Shown: one piece after another, positions 43,301 through 57,189 of the stretch
Layout of the letters: each line of letters begins with the position of its first letter
How positions within the stretch are numbered: position 1 is the stretch's first letter
NCBI GenBank assembly: GCA_050084515.1
Contig: CM114271.1
Coordinates: 20,150,001-20,214,000, forward strand
DNA length: 64,000 bases
Direction of reading: 5' to 3'
Origin: Blasia pusilla
Lineage: Eukaryota
The notes under the pieces: generated by a model
Database searches by the model: none
Seen by the model: only the letters and a program-made list of their open reading frames with translations
Told to the model about the DNA's origin: nothing
Position numbers and translations under genes: made by a program

Positions 43301-45215
43301 TAGGTTCGAGGAGGAGGTCACGATCTTGGAGTCTGCTACCGGGATGCGTCAGGGTGATCCCTTGGGTGGTGCATTGTTTGCTTTGGCTCATTATCGAGCG
43401 GTTCTTTCTATGGTGGAGGCTTTCCCAGGTTGCATTTTCCCTTTGTTGGCAGATGATACTCACATTGTCGGCCCTGGAGACTTGGTTGTTCCTGCATTTC
43501 AGCACTTTTCAGCACAGTTGGCACACGTCGGCCTCGCGGTGAAGGTGGGAAAGTGCAAGGCTTGGTCTTCATTAGGCTTGTCAGCGGATATTCATTTACC
43601 CGAAAATTTTTTGACACCTGTTGGAGGGCTTCGCGTCTTGGGAGTCCCACTCGGGAGCCAGGACTTTGTATTGAGTTTTGTGGCAGCGGCTCTTACCGAG
43701 GATCTTCTTCATGTCAACGATCTCACAAGGATTGGTGACCCTCAAGTAGCTTATAAAATCCTCTCGTCATGTTTTTCCCGCAGACCTGGTTATCTGTGTA
43801 GAACCGTGTGGGCGACTAGCCATATTTCTTCCTTGTATAGATCCTTTGATAGAAAGATTATGCAAGCGTTTGGGGGATCTTCTAGGACCCGGCTCATTAG
43901 AGTGCCCCGCGGGGGAGTTAGCTCGTAGACAGGCTTCTTGGCCGATTGCCTTTGGTGGAGTAGGTCTCATAGCGATTGAGTTAGTGGCGCCTTCAGCCTT
44001 TTTAGGGAGTTGGGCCACTGTAGCACCCCTCCTTTGCTCCTGATTTTTGGTTAGGGATAGACCGCTACTTTTACAGACGTTTCCCAGGTTGAGGATGGTC
44101 TTTTCCCACTTCAGTCTTCACTCACAGCTTGTAGAGACTCCCTTCTTGTTGAGGCTAGAGCAGTTCTTCCCGCTTTCTCTTCCCTAGTTACCTCCGGACA
44201 GTCTGGGCTCCAATCTTCTTTGATGGAAGCCCACTTTGATGCATTTTTTAGAGCTACTATGTCGGATGGGAATATCCCCATGGAGGTTCGGGCCTGTATT
44301 CGCTCTTGCTCCGGTAAGGGGGCATGCTCATGGGTGGGGGCTCGTCCCCTCATCCCGGCTTTCCGCATCGCACCACTTACCTACACTACAGCGATGAGGT
44401 TTCGACTGGGCCTACCCCAACCAACGGTGGTTGGTTCAACACATTGCGAGTGTCGTCGGAGTCTAGATCCACTTGGTGTGCATTTGGCACCGTGTCTAGT
44501 TGGGGGTGAGAGGATAGCCACTCACGATGCAGTGCGGGATATTATGTTCTCTATTGCTCGGGAGAGTGGATTCCATGTACAAAGAGAGAGGCACTACTCC
44601 ATGCGGGATTCCCTTATCCGTGTTGATCTCTACATTACGAGGGAGTCTGAGGTGGTGGTAGCGGATGTTGTAGTGACGGATCCTACACGGAAGACGGCGC
44701 GAGCTCAAGTGGTAGCACAAGGGAGATTGCTACAAGGAGCGGCGGCGGTGGTCGACTATAAATGGCGGACCCACATTTATAGTCGACTTCATGATGGACA
44801 TCGATTTATCCCCCTAGCCATTGAGATGTACGGGGCGATGGGGGAGAGGTTTGACTCGTTCCTTACGGATTGCGCCCATCATCTCCAGTCAAGAAATGGG
44901 TTGTCCTTAGCCACTACGATACTTTATTGTAGGCAACGGGTCTCCATAGCTTTGCAGCGCGCCCAGGCAAATGGGCTTCTGCGGCGGGCTCATGCGGTTG
45001 GAGACGCCAATGCTAGAGGCCCACTTAGTAGTAGTCAGAGGTCTCTAGGTGTTGCTGATATTGTCTCTACTGTTGGTGATTTTGGTCGTTAGGGGGGAAT
45101 GCCCCCTTCTTTCTCCTCCGGGCCGGTTCCGGCCTCTTGAGGTCTATTTTTTGGGTCTCCATGCCCCCTCTTTTGTATCGTGATGGATTTTCCATCCTTT
45201 TTCTACATATATATT
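40390..45215 (+). mobile_element. CRE-clade non-LTR retrotransposon (RLE type), family A copy 1, with an internal family-B insert
   Basis: C2H2 finger CPCCPKFFTRSGIRNHLAAKH. RT motifs GIRPIAIGEVLLRL, LQVDVENAFN, GMRQGDPLGGALFA, LADDTHIVGP, LRVLGVPLG. C-terminus CECRRSLDPLGVHLAPC...THDAVRD, RVDLYI, VVADVVVTDP, FIPLAIEMYG. The UTRs are homologous to 52320-55820. Confidence 0.88.
41466..42407 (+). other. About 940-bp insert of CRE family-B sequence inside CRE copy A1
   Basis: Reverse-complement match to 49680-50425. Removing it restores the TACCCG-GGAGGGAAGGCTGG join seen uninterrupted in copy A2 near 54680-54715. Confidence 0.85.
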
Positions 45216-46488
45216 TTATTTTTCCTTTCGTATGCATTAAGGGAGGATACATCACTAGATATTAAATGTTTTTATCATTTTGAATTAGAATATGAAAGGT
45301 TAAGATGAAAAATTAGGTATGAAAGATTGTGCATAACCAACATGCCTCATTTGAAATTTCCTCTTATACTCCCCTTTGATACATGCACATTTGTTTGAAC
45401 TGCATCTTAAGAGGTTATTTTTGGCACAAAGATCATTTTAAAACTTTTTTGTGGAAATTGATTGGAAATTTCAAGAATGGAAAATGAAAAAAATGGTTGA
45501 AAAAAATTAATACTCAATAACCATTTTACTTACATCACAACTTTGAATATTATAGATGAGGATGAGATCCCTAGTGTATGATTAGGTCCACTACTAACAA
45601 CATGTAAATTCTGGGCTTACTTATGATAATGACACATATTTATTTCCTTCCCAAGTGAACTCCATTCATAGCGGATAACTCCAAAAATGCTTGTTATTGG
45701 ATGAGATTTGATTTCCTTTGGATCGACATGTAGGTGGGTTCAACCTGCCATTTGGACTTAATACTTCACTCACTCACCCACGTTAGCATTATCCTCCTGC
45801 CATATCTCAATTTTCTGAATTTGTTCTTCCGTCTCCTGGTAATGTTTAAACTAGTAAAATTTGTGAGTATCTAAAGGAATTATAGGGTGAAAAAGATTCC
45901 CATATATTCATTGATTGGTATTTAAACAACTATTTAGTGCTCCATGATCAGAGTTTCAAGTTTTTATATTTTAAAAATATTTATGAATATTTGAATTATA
46001 TACTTTTTTCCCAAGAGGATGATAACTTCCACAAATTCAAAGAAATTCAACAATTTTAATAATTTGAAGATGAATATTCAAGGTTATACTCAGACAAAGT
46101 CCGTGTCCGCGAACATGTCCATGTTTGCGGACTCCCTAGGACACACAGATTTGTGTGGGACTGTATACCCGTGACCCGTACCCAAGCCCCCAAGCCCGTA
46201 ACGTAGACTCGGTCTTGGCGAGCCTGCACCCATTTTTTAGCCCTCCTAAAACCCGCACACGCCCACGGCAAGTCAGCCATGCGGGCCCTATGTTGGCTCA
46301 ACCGTAGGCCTTCGGTAGGCATGACTCCTGAGCCTGCCCAATGGGGGCCCAACCTGCCTTGCGGTCTACCCAATATAAGATGAATTTTCATTTCAATATA
46401 TTTCTTTGAATTTATCAAGAATTCTCCGACATCAGTATCTTGTTTAATCCATAATTTTACTTTAGTATGTAGTCTTTGTTTATCTTTC

Positions 46489-46807
46489 CAAAGTTGCATG
46501 GAAACGGACAAGTCCCTCTGGACATGCCAAATGGGTCCCCCGCCAACACCTAAACCCGCCTCAGAGCCCATGAAGCCCGTAACATAGACCCGGACTCGGC
46601 CATCCCTCGTGCATCCATTTTGTAGCCCGTATGAAGCCTCCGACTGAGCCGACACAAGGCCTTCACGACGGGCCTTCCATGGGCTTCAGCCTTCATGCGG
46701 GCTAAAAAATGGTGTGGGTTAGCCGAGCCCGAGTCTACGTTTTGGGCTCAGTGGGCTCAAGTATGGGTGTAGGATATGTTGGGCATGTTCGTTTCTGTGC
46801 AACCTTG
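46489..46807. mobile_element. Palindromic MITE with hAT-like TIRs; a related partial copy lies at about 46079-46350
   Basis: CAAAGTTGCATGGAAACGGACAAGTCCC at 46489 is the inverted counterpart of GGGCATGTTCGTTTCTGTGCAACCTTG ending at 46807. The internal arms are also inverted. The TIR core matches the other MITEs. Confidence 0.7.
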
Positions 46808-47799
46808 GAAATTAAAATTTTGGATTAAAGAAGATATTGATGTCCGAGACTAACTGATAAATTCAAAGGAATGCATTGAAATGAAAATTGATCTTACATT
46901 GGTGGAAATTGATGCAAACAATATTATATTTTATATGATTCTAAAATGAAACAATTTGAATATGAAAGATTACTTGCTAAAGTGAAGTTGTGGATTAAAA
47001 GAGGACATTTATGTCATAGACTTACTTCTTCATAAATTCAAAGAAAAACATTAAAAAAATCAACTCACGTTGATACAAGGAATTACATTGATGAAATTTA
47101 GTTCCCAACAGTGACATTCATTTGTATGATTTTCATGAAGAAGTATTTTGCAATCTTAAGTGATTTTTTCATACTTTTAAATAAAATATTTAATCTATCA
47201 ATAGAATTCTTTTTAAGCATATCTTTCTTCATGAAAACTAGCATGCCATGATTGCATAAGTTTCCATTTTTTAATTATAGTAGTAATGTTATGTCTTAGT
47301 ATGAATCTTTTAATTTTCTGGTAGTCATGTATAGAGAGAATTTTAGTGGGATGGTTTTTTAAAAAATTTAAAACTCCGAAGATAACGAAATATATGTAAA
47401 TCATATCCTTACAAAAAAAAAAAATTTTAATGTCTTCTTTTTCCAAGAAAAAAAGGCAATATGAAATGGAAAGGGGAAAAAATGAATGAAGAAATAAGTT
47501 TTCTTCTTTGGGAAAAGAAAAGAGACATCAAATTTGCTTGGAGATTTTTCTATATGAAATTTTCTTAGAAAATTTGGCATCATACATGATTAAAAGGAAT
47601 TCATGAGATAAATTATGGGGAAAAATTTGAATGAAAATGATTGGAAAAGTGTCTCAACAATTTTTTTGAGAAAGAATCCAATCAATATGAAATCTTTGGA
47701 CAAATGGCTCAAATTTGTAAATCAACGTAGATAGGTGGAAAAAAAATGATATAGATGATGATGAAAGAACACCTTGCATTTTTATATATTCACTTTATT

Positions 47800-50700
47800 A
47801 TAAAATAGACCTCAAAAGAGGACAAAGAAAGGTAATAACATCTCAAAAGAGGAATCAAAAAATGCATAAAATAAGGCAAAAAGAAAATGGCAACTAGCCA
47901 ACGCAAACACCGACTCAACGAGCTACACGATTGATAACCTGAAACAAATCTAACAAGAACACGAGTGGTTGGTCAAACGTGAATGGATGACAAGGCAAGC
48001 GACCCCCACCACCTCCGCACGACGTATCAATGCCAAGGCTTGTGCACGTTGTAAGACCACTGAGATGCATTGCATAAAATAATGAGTAACTACAACGAGA
48101 GAAGGACTACGGGAAGGGGCAAGATGATGATTTTCGAGGGAGTGGTGAGCACATGTTTTCAGGAAATTATCAAAAGACACATGTAAATGACCGAATACTT
48201 CCAGTACAGAAGGAATAAATCCATTAGTTGGATGTCTCACAACATAACTTAACTCCTTGATTCTTGCTGCAGCTTCGGCCGCTGAACCTTTGGTATATGC
48301 GGCTCGACAGACCAAGTCAAAACGTGTTGGATTAGCAACCACCATATCACCTAGTGTCTAGAATCCACCTCGAGACATAACAAGATCCACTCTCCAACAA
48401 GAGGTTGCTTGTGTGGTTGAAGGTAGGACATGGAGTTGCTCTTGCCCAACGGTGTATCTTGCAATACGAGCCACCGATGCTACCTCCTCTCTAATGACAT
48501 CATATGTGGCCATTCATTCTCTACCATGTGCACATTGGAGAATATGGATACCCTTGGCATCAATGGGATCCCCGCATACACAATTCGGCACACCTAACAG
48601 AGAAGGATGGGGAAGTCCAAGGCATAACTGCAAAGCTGTCGAGAATATACTTCGAGGAAGATGAGATGGAAGAATAAGAGGATTTGCAGTAAGCCACGCC
48701 CCCATTCCGGTACCAGCACATGAACGCAGACAAGCTCGATGAGCGTGAGAGGATGCCTCGGAGAGAATGCTAGAAAAGTTGATTTGATGCAGATTCTCGC
48801 AAATATGCTCTTGAAGTTGATCAAGCCCTTCCGTAATCAATTGACTGAAAGGGGGTAGAATTGCTTGTGTAGCAAGAGGAAGAAGGGCTCGTGCAGATCT
48901 AATTTTTGTTGAAATAAAAAATCCCCCTCCTCTACATGGGCGATATAATCCATCAAGATAGGTGTATCTTCTTGGAGAAACCTCGAAGCTATAATCGGTG
49001 CTACCAACGCCCAACTCCCCAAAAAGGCTGCGGGAGCAGATGAAAATGTGGAGGAAAGTCCCACCCCTCCAAAAGAAATAGGCAAGATAGCTTGTCGTGA
49101 AGCCAAGACACCATCCTCTCCCTCAAAGGTATTCGGGCCAAGGAGTTGACCAAAAGTTGCCAAGATAGAAGCGTCAAAAGAGGCCAACCGATGTAAGAAC
49201 CTTAGAGTGGGAGGACTAGTGCGAAGAATGAAGGACGGACGTCGTAGAAAACATTGGGAGAGAATCCCATAAGCCACTTGGGGATCCCCTAGATGAGGAA
49301 ATAAATGAAGCTATTCCACGTCTTTCAAAAGGGCCTCATCCAAGAACTTTGAGACATAGCCGATGAAGCCGATTGGGACCCCAAGAACCCTAACCCCTTC
49401 AATGTAGATGGGAAAATCAAGAGTAGGTAGGGTGAATGTTGAGGGAAGGCATGAAGGAGACCATACTCCAAATTTACTAGGTTGGACTTTAAGGTTTAAG
49501 AAAGAGAGTTGCTCCACGAAATGGGTATAAGGAAGAACCACTTCAGAAGGAGGGCCTATAATGTGAGTGTCATCAGCAATAGAAGGGAAAAGACAAGATG
49601 GAAATGCTGATGCTTGAAGGGCACAAAAATGGGCAATGGCAAAGAGTGGGCCATCCATGGGATCACCTTGACGTGTGTAATAGCATGATGAGAATAGATA
49701 ATGGACCTATCCTAGGCATAGAAGGAGCAAACAAATGGAATGAGGCTTGCAAGTTGTCATGCACAATGTAACTCCTCAAAGATGGGGAAAATCAAGTGAA
49801 TGCGTTAGCCAAGACTTGAATTGCTACCCAAGGGATAAAAATCAAGAGTGGAGGAACCATACTCCACAACCTCCAGGAATTGCCACTCCAAATTGATGAG
49901 GAAAAAGTGGGCACTAAAGTGTTTAAGAAAAAAATTGCAAGCATAGGGATCGACTAAATGGGTATAAAAAGGAAGAACAAGGAGGCTTATCCATAGGCCC
50001 CTAAGAGCCTAGAGATAAAGAATGGAGATGCCACCATATGTGCACACACTTTTATAGAGAACAAGCTAATCGCGGAGATGCTCAAAAACCATCTTGAAAA
50101 GTAGAAAAGCCCTTGTAAAAACTCGAAGTCAAGCTCCATTGTATAGTCTTCCATAAAAGGTGGAGCATCACCACTTCAAGGAGGTGAAGAGCTTCTAAGA
50201 GAGCCACTTTTTTTTCGGACTTGAATGCGCAAAAAGGGAATCAAGTGGTGAAAACTCACCAACCTGCCCCAAAAATCGGCGTTGTCGTATTGATGGCCTC
50301 CATGATTGGCATCCATGGGGAATAGCTAAGGCCTCTACTGAAGTACATGCTCATTTTGAAGATTCTCCCAATCCCTAAACATAAAGCGTTGAATACGTGT
50401 GGAGCTTTCACGATGACCCGTTGCGCCACCCCTTGGAGGGAGGACTAAAACCCATTATGGGAAGAGTAATAGGAGATACAAAGCATTGATATCTGTGGGA
50501 TCAGCGCTAACCTTTCTAATGGGAAAAGAAAATCTTATTGGATAATGGGGCAAAGAGCAATAGGAATGCGAGTGTAGAGTCTAGGACAAGGAAGACCTGG
50601 ATGGAAAGAGCGAAGGAGATTAATTTGGTTTAATTATGTCCAAGCAGTTGTGGGGAGTGCAATAGGAGGTGGTATTGGGTTAGGGATTGAAGGCCATTGC

Positions 50701-51800
50701 ATGGATCGACAGTACATCTGATGTCTTTTGATCCCATTAAGAGCAAACTCCTTACCACAAGGTATGCAACGAACCTTTGGTACAAATGCAGAAGTAGAAG
50801 GGTTACAAGGGGAGGAGGTGGGAGGTACAAGAGGTGGTGATAGACGACGATATGGGGGTAAGTAGGTTGGGGAAGGAGGAGGAGGAAGAGGGGAGATAAG
50901 GGTAGAATAGATGGGAGTTGGAAGCAAGGGCATAGATGAGATATGTGGGGATGGCAAAGTAGAAGGATTCGGAAATGATGGATCAAGATTAGGCTCCATA
51001 GGACAAGACGAAGAGGGGAGAAGAGGAGAATCCGGAAGAAACGTAGCGAGTGTAATGGATGTATTAGCATCTGGAGGAAAATGGCAAGATCTAGGATAAG
51101 GAGGTGAACCAGGGGGAGAAGTTATGGCTGTAGGAGGGCGTGTAAAACGAGATAAGCGAGTAGATGGAGAATCCAACTCCATCTCTGATGATATAGAAGC
51201 AAAGGTAGGAAAGTCATCGAAGACAAGTGAAGACATATGAAATGTGGTTTGGAGAAAACATAAGGGTAACGAGAAAAACAAAAGTAGTGGAATCCTTCCA
51301 AAAGAAATTTAGATGGAGAGAAGAAGATTAGGCAATACCGCATTCATGATTGAAAGTTACTATAAGAAAAATATTTTAAAAAATTGAAAAGGAAAAGTGA
51401 TCTATATGGTATCGGAAGAGGTGGCTCAAGAATATAAATTTCTAATGTCCTTAAGGAGATAGCAAACGTATGTAGGGGCGAAACAGTAAGCTAAAGAGTT
51501 GAAAGAGCAAGGAAGACTTTTGGGAGGAATTGACCTAAAACAAACCCGTACAAAAAAATAGGCACCTACGAAGAAGGAAGAAAAACTAGAAAACCTACTT
51601 GATATGAAAATAACAAGCTCGTCAAGACGATCAAAACAAGCCCAAACAAGTCCAAAATTGACACTCCAAAAGAAAGTTACGAAGAAATTGAAAACATAAA
51701 AAAAGAGGATGTGAGGAGTAAGTGAGCCATCCACCAATGGCTCCTCTGAGGGAATGAGTTCGTAATTTTGGGCCCGACCCATATCAAAAGATCGAGAAAA
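47800..51800 (-). mobile_element. CRE-clade non-LTR retrotransposon, family B (ends approximate)
   Basis: Pro-rich N-terminus and finger CIPCGKEFALNGIKRHQMYC. RT motifs QGDPMDGPLFAIAH, SIADDTHIIGP, VRVLGVPIG, FGGVGL. C-terminus CVCGDPIDAKGIHILQCAHG, VVANPT, FIPSVLEVFG, ISVVLQRAQA. Confidence 0.87.
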
Positions 51801-52319
51801 TTAAGAAGAATCCCTTAAACCGATGGTAAACCGGTATCACTCTATAAGGAGAGCGCTATGTGTGAAATTGCCTATAGGAATCTATGAGCACATTTAGGAG
51901 AGAAGGAGGTCCAAAGATCCCATGAATGTTGGAAAACTCAATCTTAAGTGGAGAAAAGAAGACCCCAAAGTTCAAGCTTGAGAAGATGAACACGTTAGGC
52001 CTTAGATTGAAAAGATGGGATCACCATGGAAATAGTTACAAGCAAAATTCTAGACGTCTCTCCATCTCCTCCGCCATAGTCCTCCTCCTCCATGTCAAAT
52101 GCAATGATGGACGGCATGTCTGACCTTACAACATCTTGCATCCTTTACTATAATAAATCATGCAAAATAGGGTAAAAATTTGGAAATGAAAGGTTAATTC
52201 TGCCAAAAGTCAAGCATGTTCCACTTAAAATGAAAAATGAGATACTATGGCAACCAATTCCGTGAAGACAACGTTAATTAAAACAACAAAAAAAATTGAA
52301 TTTTGAAAAAGAAACCCTC

Positions 52320-55300
52320 GTGAATATAAAACATAATTAGAAAAGTGGATGGGAAACCCATCAGGATACAAACGAGGGGGGCATAGAGAGCCAAAAGAAC
52401 CCCAAGGGCCAAAACTGGCCGCGAAGAGATAGAAGGAGGCCTCCCCCCTAACGACCAAAATCACCAACAACAGAGACAATATCAACAACACGTAGAGAAC
52501 TATGACTACTACTAAGTGGGCCTCTAGCATTTGTGTCTCCAACCACTTGAGCCGCTGCAAAAGCCTCATGCGTAGGATCCGTTCACTACAACATCCGCTA
52601 CCATCACCTCAGACTCCCGCGTCACGTAGAGATCGGCATGGATAAGGTAATCCCGTATAGAGTAGTGCCTCTCTCTCTCTGTACATGGAAGCCACTCTCC
52701 CGAGCAATGGAGAACATAATATCCTGCACTGCATCGTGAGTGGCTATCCTCTCACCCCCAACTGGACACCGTGCCAAATACAGACCGAGTGGATCCAGAC
52801 TCCGGAGACACTTGCAATGTGTCGAACCAACCATTGATGGTTGGGGCAAGCCCAGTCGGAACCGCATCGCTATAGTGTAGGTAAGTGGTGCGATGTGGAA
52901 TGCCGGGATGATGGGACGAGCCCCCACCCATGAGCCTGCCATCTTTCCGGAGCAAGAGCGAATACGGGCCCAAACCTCCATGGGGATATTCCCATCTGAC
53001 ATAGTAGCTCTGAACAATGCATCAAAGTGGGCTTCCATCAAAGAAGATTGGAGCCCAGACTATCCGGAGGTAACTAGGGAAGAGAAAGTGGGAATAATTG
53101 CTCTAGCCTTAACAAGAAGGGAGTCTCTACAAGTTGTGAGTGAAGATTGAAGTGGGAAAAGACCATCCTCAACCTAGGAAACGTACTATAAAAGTAGTGG
53201 TCTATCCCTAACCAAAAATCAGAATCAAATGAGGGATGCTACAGTGGCCCAACTCCCTAAAAAAGTCGAAGACGACACAAACCTAGTCGCTATAAGATCT
53301 ACTCCACCAAAGGAAATCGGCCAAGAAGTCTGTCTACGAGCTAACTCCCCCGCGGGGCACTCTAAGGAGCCGGGTCCTAGATGATTCCCAAATGCCTGCA
53401 TGATCTTTCTATCAAAGGATCTATACAAGGAAGAAATATGGCTAGACGCCCACACGATTCTACCCAGATAACCATGTCTACGAGCAAAACATGATGAGAG
53501 GATGCCATAAGCTACTTGAGGGTCACCAATCCTCGTGAGATCGTCGACGTGGAGAAGATCCTTGGTAAGAGCCGCCGCCACAAAACTCGATAAAAAGTCT
53601 TGGCTCCCAAGTGGGACTCCCAAGACGCGAAGCCCTCCAACATGTGTCAAAAAACCGCCGGGTAAATGAATAAATGAATATCAACAACGACACGTGCCAA
53701 TTAAGGTGAAAAGTTGAACAATGACCACCACAACAATGGATCACCTTGACAAGTCCCGGTAGCAGACTCCAAAACCATGACCTCCTCCTCGAACCTACCG
53801 TGGTGAAAATAGAGGGCCGAGGGGGCCCCATAAAAAGCTTGCACGAAGGGAATCAGACTTGCAATAGGACTCCCTATATCTATCAGCTCTGTGAAGATAG
53901 CTGCTTGAGACATTGAGTTGAGGGCATTCTCCACATCAACTTGGAGAACCACCCACTCAAGATGTATATCCAAACAAGCCCTCAAACCTAAGGCTACCGC
54001 CTCACAACCGGCTGGCGTGGCAACTCCGAACTAGTGCGGACTCAAATGTGACTGGAAAGCCTCACGGAATTGCAAAGCGATAGTGTGACTCACCAACCGC
54101 AAGAGCACCTCACCTTTGGCGATCGGATGGATCCCTCCACCCTCCTTTGACAGCGCCAAAAGTTGCCTTGCCCCCAATACCTGGGCTACTGCTGTTGGCA
54201 CTCTCCCCTAAGCTAGGAGAGAAGCAACTTGAAGCAACTTGGAAAAGCCGCTAGCAGAGTCCTCGGGGGGAAAGCAATCACGAAGGTATTCGTACATCAT
54301 ACCGGACAACCCTCCGGCTGAAATCCTTGGGGAATGCCCGAGTGCCGGTGTAAAGAGGGACGAGTCTAGGCATAAAGTCGTGTCAGGATGGAAGTCACGT
54401 ACAAAATCTGGAATGTTAATCATTGGACAAGGATGTAGCCTCCGGAGGGCGTTGACGGTAACAGCAGAAGGATGAGCCATATCCATAGGGCGTAGCGCAC
54501 AAGCCGCTCGCGAGTACTCCCCGGCTCGTCCAAGTGTCCTACATCGTCGCAATGTGGCTGCTACAAGATCATCCATTGGGAAACCAAGTGAAGTGCTACC
54601 TCTGGCATATGCCAAAAACTCGCTCTGCAGAGACTCCCAATCGCCTCCTCGAAAGTGCCGCAATCGGGCCACAACCTCTCTATGGCCAGCCTTCCCTCCT
54701 CGGGTACAGCAAAGACACCATCGTGGAAGGAGAAGTAGTAGATACCACGAGAGCTCATCCATAGGATCAAGCGCGATTCTAGATAGGGGAAGGAGGAAAG
54801 TTTGGCAAAGCTCATCCTCAATGGCATGGGGGATCCTATGAAACAACCTCGGGCAGAGAAAACCGGTCTCAAAGAGACATGTGATGCTGCCAAGGCAGAA
54901 CCTCAACCACTCCCCTGCCTCGGGAGGGGGCGATGATGCATGAAGCACCGATGAGCATCCATGATCGATTGGAGGAACCACCCATCCAAATCTATCAAAG
55001 TCAAGATGTTTAGCCGCTAAGTGGTTCCGAATTCCTGAATGAGTGAAAAATTTAGGACAACAAGGCATTTTGTATCCCGACTAGACGACCCACCGGCCCC
55101 TACGCGAGGGACCGATACGGGTCAAGGCATGGACACCGCTCACCAAGAAGAGAACATTACCCTCTTCATCAAACTCAAGAGACAACCCCCACCAGAATCC
55201 GCCCCACAAACCCCATTCGAACTAGCATTAATGGTAATCGACTCTCTTCCCGTCCACGGTAATGCTTTCCCTCGTATGAACTCTCATCTACCATCTTCAT

Positions 55301-55820
55301 CTAGGACTTATGGCCCAACCCCTTCCCAAAACAATGTAGAGGTAGTATGGAGGTAATAATAATATGGAAAGAAAATAGCCGAAACCGAAGAAAAATAGAT
55401 GGGAATAGAGGTCTACCTAAGGGTGGGATAACTGAGAAAAACATGGGTCAAACGTGAGCGAGAAACATGGGTGGCTACAGGGTAAGGACATAGAGAAAAA
55501 GGGGTGGTGTGGAAGAACAACATGAGTTGTCTTGTCTTGGAAACATTCATGACATGACAACGAAACCAGAAAACAAAGAGGATCCTAATACCCACATGAG
55601 AAACCCTAAAACATCAGGAATCTAAAAAACAAAATAAAATGAAAAATATTTCACTATAAAAATAACGTTGCAGACCAAAACATAGAGGAGACCGATATCT
55701 CCGTTTCGGTATAACACACAACCCCCCTCCATCCTCCTTCACTCCGTGGCAAATTCCTTCCCCGCCTCCTCAATAGAGCTCCGCCCCTCGTCCCCCTCGT
55801 CACCCCCTTCCTCCGGACAC
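52320..55820 (-). mobile_element. CRE-clade retrotransposon, family A copy 2, with internal deletions in RT and RLE
   Basis: ORFs 54208..55068, 53701..53985, 53225..53650 and 52622..53041 are highly similar to copy A1. Deletions follow QGDP (about 53700-53740) and TDP (about 52570). Confidence 0.9.
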
Positions 55821-57189
55821 CACGCACGGCTGAGTCTTACTTTAACTCGCCCTTTAAAAACTGTATGGGAAAAGAAAACTTCTTGAACAACTTAGTCCAA
55901 AAGAGAATGAACTTAACACGCTTTAATACACATAATTACAATTCTGATGATTTGTTCATTCTCTTGCAATTTAAAAAGAATCATAAACACGAAAAGAAAG
56001 CATTACACGCGTAATTGATTAAAATCTCCTAGGACACAGATCGAATCTTCTTCCTCCTTGTCTGGGATTTGCTGAGTCGGCTCCAACTTCCCAGACAGGG
56101 ACAATGCGGTAGGGTAGGACCATTATGGAAAGACGCGAGGGAATGTACGGGGAAATCTTCTGACGAGGAAACGGCAAACGGGAGCGACCCCACTACGGGA
56201 TTTTGTCTACCTGTTCGCTCCACGGCGGCAGCGCCAGCTGCCACGTGGAGGTAGTAGGAGGACGCTTTTATTTATTTCCATTTATTTATTGCAAGAGGTG
56301 GGATTCGTATTCTAGTTCTATGGATAAGGCGGGAGGAGAGTGAAAAGGATTTAATTCTATAATCTACGTTTCCCGTGTCCGCATAGTATAGGGAGAATTA
56401 TGTTCGAATTATTTTCTTAGTTAGACGGAACTAATTTTTTAGAGGGTAGATATTATAATTGGAGATCATCCTAGAGAAAAGAAAGGACGTCTGAATGGGA
56501 GCTGGTGGGGGCTTCTTTAAGTATTTGAGTTTTTAAGTAGGGTGACCTTCATAACTAAAGAAAACTAGTGGGGTCGTGTTAGGGGATTGTATATAAATTT
56601 ATTTATTTATACTTTTAGAGAGGAAATATTTGTATGTTGTCACATGTCTAAGAAAAGGTGTCCGTAAATAAAAAAATATTCTTCAATAATAATATAAATT
56701 AGTTTAGATCATGTAGTGTTTTTTTATTTCTTCATTTAATTATCTTTTTTAAAATTTATCTCCTCTTTTAAAGTGATATGTGTCAACACCATAAGAATCT
56801 TTAGAGAATAGGTGTCAACATTAGAGGAGGGTTTTTTCTAAACCCATCATATTTTAATTATATGGATATATTAAGTGGAGGATGTAGTTTTTTTAGCTAA
56901 TTGGAAGTCATATTTTGATAATTGGGGTCACATTGAAACACGACATTATTAAACGCGGATCCATCTATCGTACGATCCTTTACAAATCATTACCAGTGAC
57001 AATATAGATACTTAGTGAGATCATGTAGGTTGAGAGGCTTTCTTTTATTTTGTCACATGGTTTAAAAAAAATTTGGATTGATTCTTGGATTCACATTTGT
57101 GAGGTTTGATTATGCCTCTAGTCTCTTGTAGAGTTGTATTGTTAGTTTTATTTCCAGTTCATATCCACATGTAAGAATATCCATGAGAT

